Positions 26,021 to 39,200 of a stretch of DNA of 64,000 nt are shown here, piece by piece. The notes under the pieces were generated by a model, which ran no database searches, was not told the origin of the DNA, and was given only the letters and a program-made list of their open reading frames with translations. The position numbers were made by a program, and so were the translations under genes. The stretch covers positions 5,044,759 to 5,108,758 of the forward strand of contig BFEA01000020.1 of NCBI GenBank assembly GCA_003427395.1, in the 5' to 3' direction. The stretch is from Chara braunii. Its lineage: Eukaryota; Plantae; Charophyceae. Numbering within the stretch: position 1 is the first letter of the stretch; every line of letters begins with the position of its first letter.

Positions 26021-28296
26021 ATGCCAAGAGGGAGGGGAGGGGCAGGGCCAGTGGAAACCCCTTTGGGGGCAANCCGACANAGGACGCANATGAGGACCNN
26101 GAGAGAGGACAGGCCTCCAGTCTTCNAGGGAGGGAACATTGAGNTGTTCCTGATGGAGTTCGAGCNGCATGCNAGAGAGTTTGNATGGGACAGCACCAGG
26201 ATGTTGAGAGAGGTGCGAGGCACAGGCGAGTGGNCGGACCCTNTTGCTAAACTGGTCAGAGAGTCGCTGAGCTGGCAAGACTTTGGACGGAGGATGNAGG
26301 GNTTGCATNCGTCACCACTNGGAAGGGATGGACAGCCCATTCGATTCGACTCCACTAATCTGGGGGAGTTCTTATGGGCTTATGATCGATATGCGGATGA
26401 GCTCTGTATCCCAGGAGAGCAGAGAGTGGGGAGCTTCCTGTTGTTTGTAAGACACCATATCAGACCCTTCGTACGATCCATGGTGGCATCTGCCATGAAT
26501 TGGGGCCACTGCAAGAAGCTGTTATGGAACTATTATACTCCAGCTCGTCAGGCAAGTGAGAGGAGAGGTGTGGAAAAAAAGAGAAGGGAACCTGAGACAG
26601 AGGCAAGGGGAACCTTTGAGCAGGGCGCGTCACCAGGGGCTCAGAGGGAGGAAAGGAGGAAGGAACACAAGTCCCACCGACATGAGAGAGCAGAAGGGTC
26701 CGATGGTTCAGATGCACCTCCACAACCTGCTCAGAGGGAGATGGATGGCCCCATGCCTGACGCAGAGCCAGACATCCCTCACGAGCCGCATACGCAAGAG
26801 TTGAGGGAGGAACCGTCTGTTGATGAAAAGGAGCTGGACAGAGAAGAGAGGGCAGCAAGGGAGCTGGAGATCAGGACTCAACTCCGAAAGAAGAACCTGG
26901 CAGAACTGCATGAGAGGATGCAGCAAGGAAAGGCGCCTGAGGAGGTGGAGGACAGAAAAGGAAAGGGTACCTGCACTCAGGAGGAGGACCCTCCTCTCTT
27001 CTCAGAGGTCTGGATGGGCTTTGATAAGCTGATGGACGCCACAGGAAGATCAGGTGGACAACATCAGGAGATGGGGGTTAAGTTGGTCTCTACAGACCTG
27101 CTCAACCTAAGGAGCGTGATGAGAGAAGGCTTCGCTGCAGCAAGGACCTCAGATCAGAAGATTGGGGACAGGCTGACAAAGGTGGCACAAGAGGCTTATG
27201 GCCAGAGGGTGGACTGGGAGAGAAAGGCTGGGGACCCGAAGAGAGAACTAGACAGACAGGGCAAAGAGTTGGCAGCAGTAAAGGCAGACATGGAGAGAGT
27301 CTCAACAGAGAATGAGGTCGTCAGACAAGTCAATCAGACCCTTAACAAGGTCACTGACGCTCTGAGGGCCTATTTGTGTGCACAAATAACCTTCTTCCAG
27401 GTTAAGGAGACTGAGTGGGAGAAAAGAATTCGAGACCTCGAAGCCAAGTGTGCCCAGCAAGCCCCCACTAGAGTGATGGATTGGACAGAGGTCCAAAAGT
27501 TCGAAATCAGGGAACAGCCTGTCGAGGAAGTCTTCAAGAGGGAGAAGGAAATAGAGAAGGCTGACCAGCAGGAGGGTGAGGAGATCCCTCTGATCGACAA
27601 AGAGATGTTGGAGCAACCAGGAGTGCTTGTGGAAAAGGGTGCCGAGGTCGCAGAGTTTGAGTGGAGGTTACCTGCTGGCCTGACACGGGGACATGAGCCG
27701 GCAGTACCACAGGAGGGACCACCGGTTGAGGCAATGAGAGTTGAGGAGGCTCCACCTACTATTCGGAAAGAGACTGTGGGACAGCAGGAGGGTCAGGAAA
27801 GTGTGGGCCAGACCATGGCTGAGACTGAGCAGAGAGTGGACCTGAGGGACTGTCAGGAGTCAATCATGCTTCAGGAGGTGCCAGTTGTTACAGATTTGCG
27901 GGGTGTACAGGGATCTTGGGCTACGAGTTCTGGGCCGAGCGACGGGTTGGTGAGCAGCTGATGCCAGCAGATGACAAAGCGGCCTGCCCCGCTTCCTCAG
28001 AGGTCCCACGACAGGAGGTTACAAGCAAGATCTCAACAACCCCGTCATCTGTACCCTCGCTGGAAGGAGAGAAGATGCCCCAAAAGAAATTTGGCAAGTG
28101 CTTTTATTGCAAGAGGGGCAAACATCGATCAGACGACTGCCCCAAGAGCCTCAAGGATGGGGCAGATGGATTGTGTACCAGGGAATCGTCTGGGGTATGG
28201 AGAGATAGAGATGGAAACCTAGTTCCTAAGACTCGTGATGGGGTGAGGGCGCAGTTGTATAGGCAGCTGCAGGAGGTCATGAGTGATCAGGAGTAG
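26021..28296 (+). pseudogene. Extra ORF downstream of pol: second Gag-like protein with coiled-coil-like region and CCHC knuckle (frameshift near 27910-27960)
   Basis: ATG 26021 follows a polypyrimidine tract and CAG (25995-25997). Gag-like motifs PPVFxGGNIExFLMEFE and FDSTNLGEFLWAYDRY. Knuckle CFYCKRGKHRSDDC (28099-28140). Confidence 0.75.
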
Positions 28297-30591
28297 GATT
28301 TTCCAATAAGGTNCGGAAAGGTCTGAGTCTGACATGTGCGGGACTTCTCNNACTCACAGACTGGTGANTACTTNTATATNNAGAGATACGTGGAGGNTTG
28401 GATCAGACCCATGTACATCAGTAGACTGAGCCAGTAGTGAGATGTTACGCCGTGTTATAGACTTGAGAACCTTTTCCTGTACATAAGATAACGCTGAGTA
28501 TGACATTGACGATTTTTTCTTTTTTTTTCGCTAATGTGATGTAGAGTGTTAACGTCCTTATAGAATAACGCTCATGAGTGTGGAGCGGCCGTCGAGTTCC
28601 GATACTTCGACGCTTGACTACCTTGATTCTTTATGGGATACCTGAACTCCTTGTATAATATTTTAAGTTCTATAATAAGGACGGGTGCCTTTGCACAGTG
28701 CGGGGCCCCATGTCTTGGGTGTACATGCGAGTCTCAAACCTTGTCTTTGTGTTGTGTGTGGTGTGTCACACTCACTCTCGGTTTGTGGACTTGCCCATAT
28801 GGACGATGGCGTGATGAGATGAATACTGTGGAATGAACTGATTTGCGTTTCTTCCACTGTACTTACGCCTCCCTGTCCCCATGACAAGTGAAGCCAGGAG
28901 TATAATGGAAGGAAGTGTTCTCAGATTATGGAGACAATGATGACATGATGTATTTTGCCCAGATAATGATGAATGGAAAGGTCACAACTAAAAGTTGTGT
29001 GTTTTTGTGTATGATTGAAAAAGAAAGAGGGACGTCCAATGACCGATTGAACTTTCTTAACAGGATGAAATTTTGGGAGAGCGCTCAAAAGAGTCGCTAT
29101 AAGTGATGATTATGTTTGTATGTATATCAAAGTTTGACGAGGAAAGACTAGATATTTTAAGAAAATCATACTTGGAAATTTCTGGCAATTATGTTGGAAC
29201 TTGGAGAATATTGTGAGTATCCATAAAAAGACGCGTGACCTCACCTGCTTCTGATCAGAGTAAGGGAGGCACGACCCTGTGGAATTATCGAGGATTTTTT
29301 TATGGAATATTGAGAAGGGCACTATCCCTCCACGTAGTACCGTGGGCAGCGGTATGTGATCCTTTGCTTGTTGTTGTGAAAGAAACTGTCAGACCACATG
29401 GGTCAGTCTAAGGGACGTATTGTGGGGTCAGGCTAAGGAGCTATACTTAGCATCGCTGGAACTGTAGAACCTAACTCCCAACGAGGACCGCTGACCAGCA
29501 CAACCTGGCAGCGGGACCATGACTTGCCGAAGGTTAAGTCTTGAAGGGTCGGCCACCCGGAGAGGTTTAGCTGGAGGAGAGGTCATTGGGGTCGATTAAG
29601 TCAAGAGTCAGGACCCTTCTGGGTGCCAAGATAGGAAGAGTTGCTTATCGTTGCGTAACCAACGAGGGCACCATCGCTACATAACAACGCGGTGGGTCGT
29701 GGATTCGGCGTGATCGACCGGTCCATGGTGGGCCAAGATGGAGACTTGAGGCCGCCTGTGTTAGACTCCAGGCTGGACGTTCGTGTGAGTTGAGATGGTA
29801 GATACTACCATGTGGGCGGCTGAAAGCGCCTTGTGTTTTGAGAGGTCTCGGTTGGGGCCCGCGTCCTAAGTTATGTCCCCGTTCGCAGGATGATGATTAA
29901 ATAGGACACCCAACGGTGAACTGGCAGAGGTCTACAACGAAGGGAGAAGACTATCAACCTACTACCTGGGAGCGAGTAGTACGCTGTAGTACGGAACAAA
30001 GTATCCCCTAGCTCCGAGGCCAGGACGTGGGAGGCCGAGGTTGAAACCCTGGCAGTGGAACGTCGTGACGGGAGCAGGTTGATAAGACAACCTCAAACGG
30101 AGTCGAGCCGGTGAACCGGATTGGTCGCTTCCTTGTCAGCAAGATGTGATTGCGCGTATAGCCTTGATTTTTCGACGCGACGGGGACGTCGCTTAATAAG
30201 GTCCGAAAAACTCTCGGCCCGAATACCCTTACAAGGGTATTTGGGCGCGGTTTCGCAACTCACAGGACGAGCGCGCCGGACAATATCTGGGGGCACGCCC
30301 CATTTGCGTTGATTAGAGAGTGTCTGAGCATGCACTTTGCGGGCACTCATTAGCCTGACCGAGTCTGCGTCGAGGAAGACCATGAGACGCCGGTAGAACC
30401 GGTCAGAGTTAAGCTAGACTTTTGGGGGCGGTCGCAGCCTCGCGCGCATAGACGGAATGTCGGACAGCGTAGAGTTGACCGGGTAAGACAGCAGCAAGGA
30501 GGAAATATTACCCGACTTATCGAAAGCCGACATTCTGGGTATGCCGCGCCGCGTGAAGGTGNGCAAGCACTAAGTTTGGTAGTGGACTATC

Positions 30592-30603
30592 GAAGGGTGG
30601 GGT
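30592..30603 (+). promoter_or_regulatory. Putative polypurine tract of host element
   Basis: gaagggtggggt directly before TGTCAGAG, which pairs as a terminal inverted repeat with CTCGACA at 38478-38484. Confidence 0.55.
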
Positions 30604-31281
30604 TGTCAGAGAAACCTNGGAAAGATGATGCGCGCCAGGGGTAGTAGGGACTAAAGCCGAGGTGCCGGCAAAAAGGCGGTGAGAGGGCGGCCGAGGTAGG
30701 CTGTAAGAGCCTTGGGCCGTGGCCACGGCATGGTAAGGCAGGCTGCATGGTGGGCCGAGTAGAGCCTTGCCCCAAGGCAGCCAGTGCGGCTTTGCAAGGC
30801 CTGAACGGCAGGCTGTAAGTCAGTCGATGGCCCATAGTACGCTGTTGCAAGGCAGCCTAGCTGAAGATACTCTTTATAGGGCAGTTGGCCTGCAACTATC
30901 CCAGGTTGGGGCTTAGCCCTATTGGTTATGGTGTCGAACTCTCACCAGGCGGATCTTGGGATCGAGGCCAGCAGCAGGCAGCGGAGGAACAGGGGAGCGC
31001 AAGAGGATCGAGGGGTTGAGGGTCTCGTGGAACTATTTCCCTTGGTTTTTGCTGGGAAGTCCGGTGGCGGGCCCCCGAGATGGGACGAGTACCAGCGACC
31101 CCCACCCGTTTTTCCTTTATTAACCTTTTTTATTTTTTGTTTTTTTCGAGTTTTAAATTTTTATTTTTTATCTTTTTCCCATTTTTTAATATTTTTGGGA
31201 CGGGGCTCGGTACCGGTGCCGAGACCCGCGATGAGACCCAGCAGCTGGTTCAGTGGGTACGCCACGAACGACTGCCTGGGC

Positions 31282-31363
31282 ATGCTCCTTCGGGACATCT
31301 GTTAAAGTTGGAAGGATACAGAGAAGATTAGCATGGCCCCTGCGTTAGGACGGCATGTATAAA
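31282..31363 (+). pseudogene. U6: U6 snRNA-derived fragment (5' ~80 nt) inside the LTR
   Basis: tccttcgggacatctgttaaagttggaaggatACAGAGAAGATTAGCATGGCCCCTGCG matches U6 and the copy at 53720-53822. The 3' ~20 nt are missing. Confidence 0.9.
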
Positions 31364-32652
31364 GCCGGGGCACGGCCCGTCATTGGTGCTTGCTGTGGCG
31401 CTCGTCGATGCCTATCCCGTCTGTCCAACTGGTCGTTGAGCGCTACGCTGTAGAGGCAACGGGGGAGAGCTGAGGGAGGACTAGAGGAGGAGGGGAGAGC
31501 GCACGAGAACGCTGCACGACGAGAGCAGGGACAACAGTAACAGAAGAATGAACCTGGACTGGGGTCTGCACCGGGTACATTCAGAGAGAGGGGAGGCAGA
31601 TCGGTACGAGGGATGAGCTATGGTAGGGNTGAAGGNTGCATGTTNCACCTGTTCCTTGATGAACGTCAGCGGGGGAAGGTGGTAGACAGNGGTTTTTGGA
31701 TTAGGCGAACACAAATCTATGGTCAGTTTNAGNAGGGAGTTGNTGGAAGTGAAGCTGGACAGAAAAATTGGTGCGCGGGGCTATGGCGGAGGGGAGAAGA
31801 TGGGAGATGAAAGTGGAATAAGNCGGCCGTTTCTTGGCCGTTTTTAGCGATCTAAGATGCTATTCCGGGGTTTTGGGGTCAAGCGAACCCAGATCCAACG
31901 TTAGTTTGAGGAGAGAGTTAGTAGATTAAGAGCTAGCAAGAAAATGAGCCGCGCGGGAGTGTCGAAGAGAGANGGGAGACGAAGGACAAGGAGGAAAAAC
32001 GCTGTAATTTTCTCATTTCTTGGTGAAATTGAGCGGGGGAAGATGCTATATGGGCGTTTTAAGGCATTCTGAATCAGATGGACANGTCGAAGTTTGAATC
32101 TGAGCAGTGGTTTGGTCGGTAAGGGAGATTGGGGCTGCGCCACTATGGCTGAACGTTTGGAGCCGGCCATCAAATTTTTCTATTTTTCTAGCGGAGGACC
32201 ATTTCTCGTTTTTCTGNCCATGGTGTGATATCTATCCAGGCGTTTAGTTCCCGTGTCCGTTATCAGCACCCAGTACACCCTCTTCACCTCCTTGTGGTGA
32301 TTNGGTTTNTTGTTTCCAAGCAACNGTCTTCACGGCCCATCCANCTCCTTTACGGTCCATGCTNGTTTGNTGTGGNTGCAATCCCTGAACCTGGCCACTA
32401 TTTCAGCCAGGCGTCGTAGACAATGAGAGACATATCCAGGAGTGGCTTCGTTTCATATCAATACTGGCCAGATATAGAAAAAATAATAGTATTAGTAACC
32501 AGTGTTATAGGGAGGAGTGACAGACAAGGAGGAGAAGGTCCGTAAGAAGAATTGAGAGAGTTGAATAAGTAGGGGAGTATTAAGGGGGGGGGATTATATG
32601 TATCTAGACACTGAAGCAAGGCTACGTGCAAAAAGGAGGATGTAGTAGCAGG

Positions 32653-32683
<31 letters not shown>

Positions 32684-35074
32684 AATGACTCTTTCGAGGT
32701 TCTAGGGGAGGGGTGATTTGCACTAACTCAAGTTTCCACAGTAGTAGTACCAGCATCGGGAGAGGGATTTCACTGTGCCCCCACTGAACACCTGGTTGTG
32801 CCCATGCGACGCGTGTTGTTGTGTACTCCACGAAGGTACTGCGCTAGACCGTCGTTGTGTGTCTCTGTGCATCGTTGTGGGCTGTCGTGCCCTTGCTGAA
32901 AGGACTGCATTAGGTCACCTTTGATAACTTACGGCCTGTTTGAATATTGTAGTGACGAAATGTAGTGTGGCCTGTGGAACCACGAAGGGCATGGCAGATT
33001 CCCATCCCAAGGCAGCAAAGAATTTTTTTTCTTTTCTTCTCCTAGTCTTTGATGGAAGTTAGCTGTCTCAAGGCGTCATTAGTCTACATGTCTCATTCTC
33101 GATAGCTGCGGGTCGCGGGTTAAAACGCTACAACAGTTGCTATAAGTAATTAAGGTTGTTGTTCTTCTTTTTTTGGAAGGTGCCGCTGCTGCTAAATGCT
33201 CGAAGTACCAGTTTGCTGAAGATTTCCTCCTTCTGTTGAACTGATAATGAGGGCGACTGAGTTCTTAACAGCAGGATGCCATGTCTCAGCTGGTGTGGGT
33301 CGTGTTTCTCAGTGGTTGTACTAGGCTCTCTACTTAGGCCAAGTACCATAGGTTGTTCTGCTCGCTACAACCACTGTGCAGTCCCGCTGAGTCTTGTTGT
33401 TGGGCCTTACGGGTTTCGTGGTGCTCATTTATGTGCTACTCTGAGCAACTGTGGTACTTCCATTGCCTACTAAGGCCTTGACCCGGCTTTGGACTATGCA
33501 GGCCAGGCACGACAGCGATACTTGATTACTGTACACAGGTGTAGTGTGTACAGGTCAGCTGCTTTTTACTACATTTCGAATAAAGCATAGGGCGTGCTCT
33601 ATTCGAATCAAGCTTTTCTAGGCTGCACAGCGATAGATTGGCCTGAGGTAGCGAAATTCTAGACTAAGGAAACGGCTAGCTGCCGTAAAAAGGGAGGGTG
33701 GTTTGATCGTTTGTACTACGTTTTGGCTGTACCATGCTAAGTTGTTGAGCAAATACCGCTGATGCACTTGCTGGATGGAATGGTGACCGATGCTTCGTTA
33801 TGGCTTTGAGCGCTAGTACGATGTCCAGTTGTTGCATATTACTGTCAAGGATGCGGAAAACTTGCTGGAGGCCTAGGTCGGACCCTGCTGGTTGAGCTCG
33901 TATCAGGCGGATTACTACTTTGACTGCACCCTGGTCAGCTGTTGAACTCGACGGGTTGAGAGAGTGACCAGGCCCTTGCAGACGGGTTACTACTGTTGCG
34001 GGAACAAGCTGCCACTACCCACAGGCTGTGCGCTGCTTCCCACCGAGGACCTCTGCGGGGCTGGCTGCTGAGGGCCTCCTAGTCCCTGCTGGTGTATTCT
34101 GCAAGCCTACAGTGCGCTAGGCGCACACTACTACTGTTGCTTGTCGTTGGGGTTGCTGAGTACTCGACGACGACTGCAGCGGGCCGCGCTGTTGCTGAGT
34201 TGGGCTCAGGTGGAGTGCTATCACTGTACTAGGCGTTGTTTAGAGTACTGTTGCTGAATAGAACACTGTTCCATATTAGGAACAGCGGCGACATAGGCTT
34301 AAGAAGGGAGGCTCAGTGAGAGCGGCGACTGTGGTGACGTTGAGGGCGAGATCAAAACCTTGTCAGGGGTCTTATCGCTGCAGTTTGGAGGTTCACCAGG
34401 AGGCTTACTGCTGTAGTTTGGAGATTCTTTAGGGGGCTGTTACCCTACACATCAGCGGTGATCTGACTGTCGCGTTCGCACTGCGCTTCATTGGTTGCCA
34501 TTGCGGGGCCCTCAGGCGTACCGAGATGACGAGGCCCTCTCACTGTGAGTTGAGTGCACCTCTCTGGGATCTCGAGAGTCTGAACCTTCTACCTTTTTCC
34601 TTCTTACTCTCAGTCTAGTCTGAGGCTACGAGAGGAAGGCGGCAGGCGGGATCGCAACCCGTAGGTCCGCGCCAAGGCCTCTGTGGGAGGTTGCCCCACC
34701 GAGTGCGGGAGCTCTGCCGGAACCCAGGCGGGGTTCTGGAGGCAGGGAACTTCAGGTATAATCTCGCTAACCTGTGTGATCCCTTCCCCTACTTGCTACC
34801 CCCTGGGTATCTTAATATAATACTATNTCAGGTTACTACTTTTTATTTTGTTNTGTGTGTCAGGACATGCATTGTGGAAAGTTAAATGAACAGCTATATA
34901 TGAGTGCTCAGATAATCTTTGAGGGAAGTCAGAAGGAATGAATGGGGGAGAAGGTGGGAGAAAGAGGTTTGCATGCTTTGACCAGGGTCAACCCAAGGCT
35001 GAGCTCCTCTAAGTTCATGTGGGCTCAGTGATGTGTTTTGTTTATGTTTGTTGGGCTGACTGCATGATTTTGAG

Positions 35075-36258
35075 GGCTGGACCTATCCTAAGTTGGACGG
35101 ACCAGTCGCTGTTTCTTTCTGGGNTTTCTGAACAGGAGGACGGGCGCCCTAAGTTGGGAGGTCTCAAAATCCTGGTGTTTCTTTTGTGGGTTGCTGAAAA
35201 CGGAGCTGGGAACACTCTAAGTTGCGTGGACTCAGTTTTGTGTATGNTTTTTTCTGAGGGGGACACAGGCATGAGGCTGAGCGTACCCTTAAGTTAGGGC
35301 GTCTCAGTCATAAGCCATGAACACAAAGGTCAACCAAAGTATACAACTTTGATACATACTATATGAACCTATATCATCTGGCAGACCGGGCACCCTAAGT
35401 GGGGAAAGCCAGTTAGTAAGTCAGGTAGAACAAGAAGAGGAGGAAAGATATGAAGAATATAACGAAGGTAACCTGGGCAGGCTGAGCGTACCCTTAAGTT
35501 AGGGCGGCTCGGTCCTATGCTCGTAATAAGACAAAGGATCAGCGAGTTAGTATAAATTTGTTTTATTTTCCCTTCTAAACACAAGGCAGGGTTGGATGTC
35601 TCCCTAATTTGGGTAGGTCTGACCCTCTGTCTAATAAGAGAGAAACACATATAGTCTGTGCATGTATCAATGGTTATTTTTATATGATTGTCGTTACAGA
35701 GGCTAAGCGTACCCTTAAGTTAGGGCAGCTTAGTCATACGTCGTTGTACTTTGTTCAGACAGTTCCTGTCTTATGTAACTATAATTGTTTAGGCCANCTA
35801 GGCGTACCCTTAAGTTAGGGCGGCCTGGTGATAGGCTCTTGTCGTTGATGTGATGTAGGTTGGACGTACCCTTAAGTTAGGGCGGTCTGACCATTCGTCG
35901 TTCGTACTTGTGTGTAGGTTGGACATACCCTTAAGTTAGGGCGGTCTTCGTGCTTGTTCTAGGCAGGTTAGGCACACCCCTAAGTTGGGGCAGTCTAATC
36001 CTATGCCCTATGTAACTTGTGTAAGGCTGGCTAGACATACCCTTAAGTTAGGGCAGTCTAGTCTTATGCTTCATGTCGTCAGTATAAGCAGAAGCCAGGC
36101 ATACCCTTAAGTTAGGGCGGTCTGGTCACATGTTTTATGTCTAGAGTTTACTTGGAGTTGGGCATACCCTTAAGTTAGGGCAGTCCAGTTGTGCGTACTC
36201 TTACTTGTTTACTTAGGCAGGTTGGACATACCCTTAAGTTAGGGCCTTGTCTGATCCT
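35075..36258 (+). repeat. Stem-loop array (taagtt loop) in the 3' LTR, ~16 copies
   Basis: Same units as 2320-3195 plus upstream variants at ~35076, 35138, 35205 and 35274. Confidence 0.9.
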
Positions 36259-39200
36259 ATGCCATAAGTGAGGGGGTTATTGAAAGGGAACAACTGAGTG
36301 ATCTAACGAACTACCNNGGCAAATGTATNTGGGATTGTGAGAGATGNATGCTCATGNATGATTGTAGGGTCTCACTTGGGGTGTCTTTTNGATAGGCTAG
36401 TTGCTTTAGATGCTCGCCAAGTGCTGGAGCNATAGGTAGGTCAGATGNATGTGGGGAGGGAAAACTTGGGATGAGGATGGGACTGACCCTGCTAGGAGTT
36501 AGGCCCAATGCTAGCCCACGGTCTCATCTAGAGATCGTATTGNCTGTCTTTTGAGTCTGAATCGTCAAGCAGATGTCNGACGTTAGTCCCAAGTATAGTT
36601 GCATTNTCTTTCTGCTTTTTCAGCTTNGTATAAATCTTGGCANCCTCNTGTTCCTATGGGAAGCGCTNCCNNAATTTTTACAAATCTGANAAAGTTAGTC
36701 ATTTTTGGGCTCTTAGAAATTNNGAAAANACACTTTTCCTACGGGAAGCGCTGCCGAAATTTCGTGAAGTTTGGGGAGTTAGAATATTTTTNAGTTAGGA
36801 GTTGCTTAGCAGATCCTAACTGATTAGAGGAGGTGTTCAACTAATTGGTACTAGTGGAGGAGCTAGAGTACGACTAAGGGGAATGATCTCCCCTTGGCAC
36901 AGACGTAAGTAGTACTCTTCGTTGGCCTGTACTGTGATGCAGGTTGTTGTGCTATCACTTGAGCACCTGATCTGATCAGGCTATTCCTTCAGAGAGGTTA
37001 TTCCTCTGTTATCACTGACAACAGGTCGGTTGCCGATTCGTCGGTCTACGACTCGAACCCAATTCACCCTCAATACTCATCCTAAAAAGGCTTTAGCCCT
37101 GGTAATTTTATCTGTTTTTGTTAAGGTTTCACCCAGACTTTTATTGAATGGCCATTTAACAGAAGTATTGAGTACTTAATTATGGTTGGTTGGCTGGAGG
37201 TCGGGGCTTGTATAGCTAAAGCGAAGGGTATGAGTGGAGAGGTTGGTTGGAGTTGACCCCATGTAGCATGTGGGTCTTTGCTTGATATCGTGGTGTGATT
37301 GCAGGTATGTATGGAAGAGTCTCGATTGATTCATGTTGAGTGGTATTGCGTGGATTCAGATGGGCAGACCACACAATTGTCGTGAGAGTGAACTACCCCA
37401 CAACCCTTGTATTTGAGTGAGACTGTTCTACCCTCATTCTATTGAGGTGATAATCTAAGTAGGCGTACGCTTGGATGACCCCCACAGGGTTAGTCCCGGC
37501 GGTGCCTCTTCTAATTATATTAAGAGTACTTGTTTTTTTTCCCTTGTTGAAAATTTATTTTAGTGGAACGATACACTTCCGGGCGGAAGGGTTAGCGTGT
37601 CGCTGGTGATGCGCCAGACAACTCACCACCGCTCCAAATTCCTTCCTGCCCTAGGAGCCGTCTTACCCCGCACCCTTTGGGACACCTCAGGGTGCAGAAG
37701 ACGGAAAGGTCGCAGGCCGATTTTGCGCCCATTAAAAGGTTACCCCCCCCTTAGCGTGCGCTTTAGCCAACGCCTGAGCGTCGGGAGCCACCCCATGGCC
37801 CAGAATAGGCCATTCGGGTATGGGCACCACATAATGCGCTGTCATCACTTTTATTTGCGTAGGACTGCATTATAAATCGGTATGCGTGGGTCCTACGTTC
37901 ACGCGATCTTATATTAAACCTCGCGCAAGGCAGTTACCGACTTCCACTAAGTAGAGTTATGGGTCGGATACTGAAGGGACTAGGAGTGTTGTTGTGTTGT
38001 GGTGTTATTTGTGGAGATTGTTGTGTGTGTGTTCGTATGTTATGCATGGGTAAGCGTGGGTGTTCTAGTGTAACGTGTGGGTGTGTAGTGCATCCTAGTC
38101 GACCGGCGCCGAATCGTGCCTGGGACTTCAGCCCCCCAGTACGACAACTCGTGTACACGTTCGATTTCGGGCGTTCGACCGCGCGTACCCCCTATGCTAC
38201 AGCGAACGAGAAACGCCCTCGGTTGGGCCACCTCTGCAATTGCATATGAAAAACTTTCACATGTGGTTCAGTAGCTCGGCAGGGATACACCCACCTAAGG
38301 GATGGTGACAGCTCCCGCAGGTGGAGGTAGCGGTGCCTCGCGTGACTCTGTCTTATCGTAGGGACTCGCGAGAGGTACGACTGGCGCACTCGGCCGGAGC
38401 GGCAAACGCTCTCCACGACAAGTCCTGCACAATCCTGCGTGACGCGGCCGGGAGGGTCCCCGTGCGGGACCGATGCGCTCGACACCGCGTCGGAGCACGG
38501 ACCGAAGAGGTCAATGTGCGCGGAAGTGGCGGGGTCCGTAGGACGTGACTGTCCTCATTTTCCACTTGGAGAGCGTCGATAACCTAAGGGAGAACATTCC
38601 GAGTAGGTTGTGGGGCTGCAGATTGGGGGCAGCAGGGGACGCTGCGAGCACGCTGCCCGCCACCTGCCGATTGCTGTGAAAGGTTTGAGTGTGAGTATGT
38701 TGTGGGACCCTGCGGGATAATAAACTCGCCCGCATAAAAAGGCACCAGGAGGGAGGCCGCGGGCCGCTTGAATATCCGCTGCTACTACGCCGGGCCTGCT
38801 TTCACCTAGGCTGTGCTTTAAGGTGATAGCAGGACCTCGCCCTCTCCACTCTTTGAAAGATCGGGGTAAGCCAAGGGTGTCGAGTGCGGGTTGCGCATTC
38901 CCATGGCTGGCCGGGCAGCGCTCCGCGACACTGGGTGAAGTGACACCACCACAGAGACGGGCGCTAGGGCAGACAGCCTGGGAGTTGGCAACGAGAAGGG
39001 GAAAATGTGAGTAGTGGGAGGAACCTGGACGCGAATTCGCACCGAGTACATCAACAAAAGGAAAAGTCGGAGATGGCGAGGAGGCTGGTAAGGCGCAGTG
39101 GGAAAGAGACAGCTCACAGGACTCTGAACGGGTTTAGGTGGGGAGAGAGTCGATTCCTGGGTTATGACCCCGGGCGAATCGATTGATGAGGTTAGTTTGG

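Larger units (their letters stand above)
2302..38484 (+). mobile_element. Decayed Ty3/Gypsy LTR retrotransposon (host element) with an extra 3' Gag-like ORF and a nested LTR insertion
   Basis: Direct repeats 2302-5412 and 35366-38476 (offset 33064) flank gag, PR, RT, RNase H and INT in Gypsy order. There are many premature stops. The 5' end is missing, so no TSD can be checked. Confidence 0.92.
30604..38484 (+). repeat. 3' LTR of host element (~7.9 kb; 5' boundary inferred)
   Basis: TGTC...GACA termini and upstream PPT-like tract. The 3' 3.1 kb matches the 5' LTR. The same ...ccgatgcgctcgaca end occurs at 46295. Confidence 0.65.

Noticed and set aside
26021-28296. env gene
   Set aside because: No signal peptide or transmembrane segment; the motifs are Gag-like.
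29387-30590. Alternative 3' LTR start at tgtcagacc (29387) and antisense ORF 30093-30383
   Set aside because: The start at 30604 has the better G-rich PPT and terminal match. The ORF has no recognisable homology.
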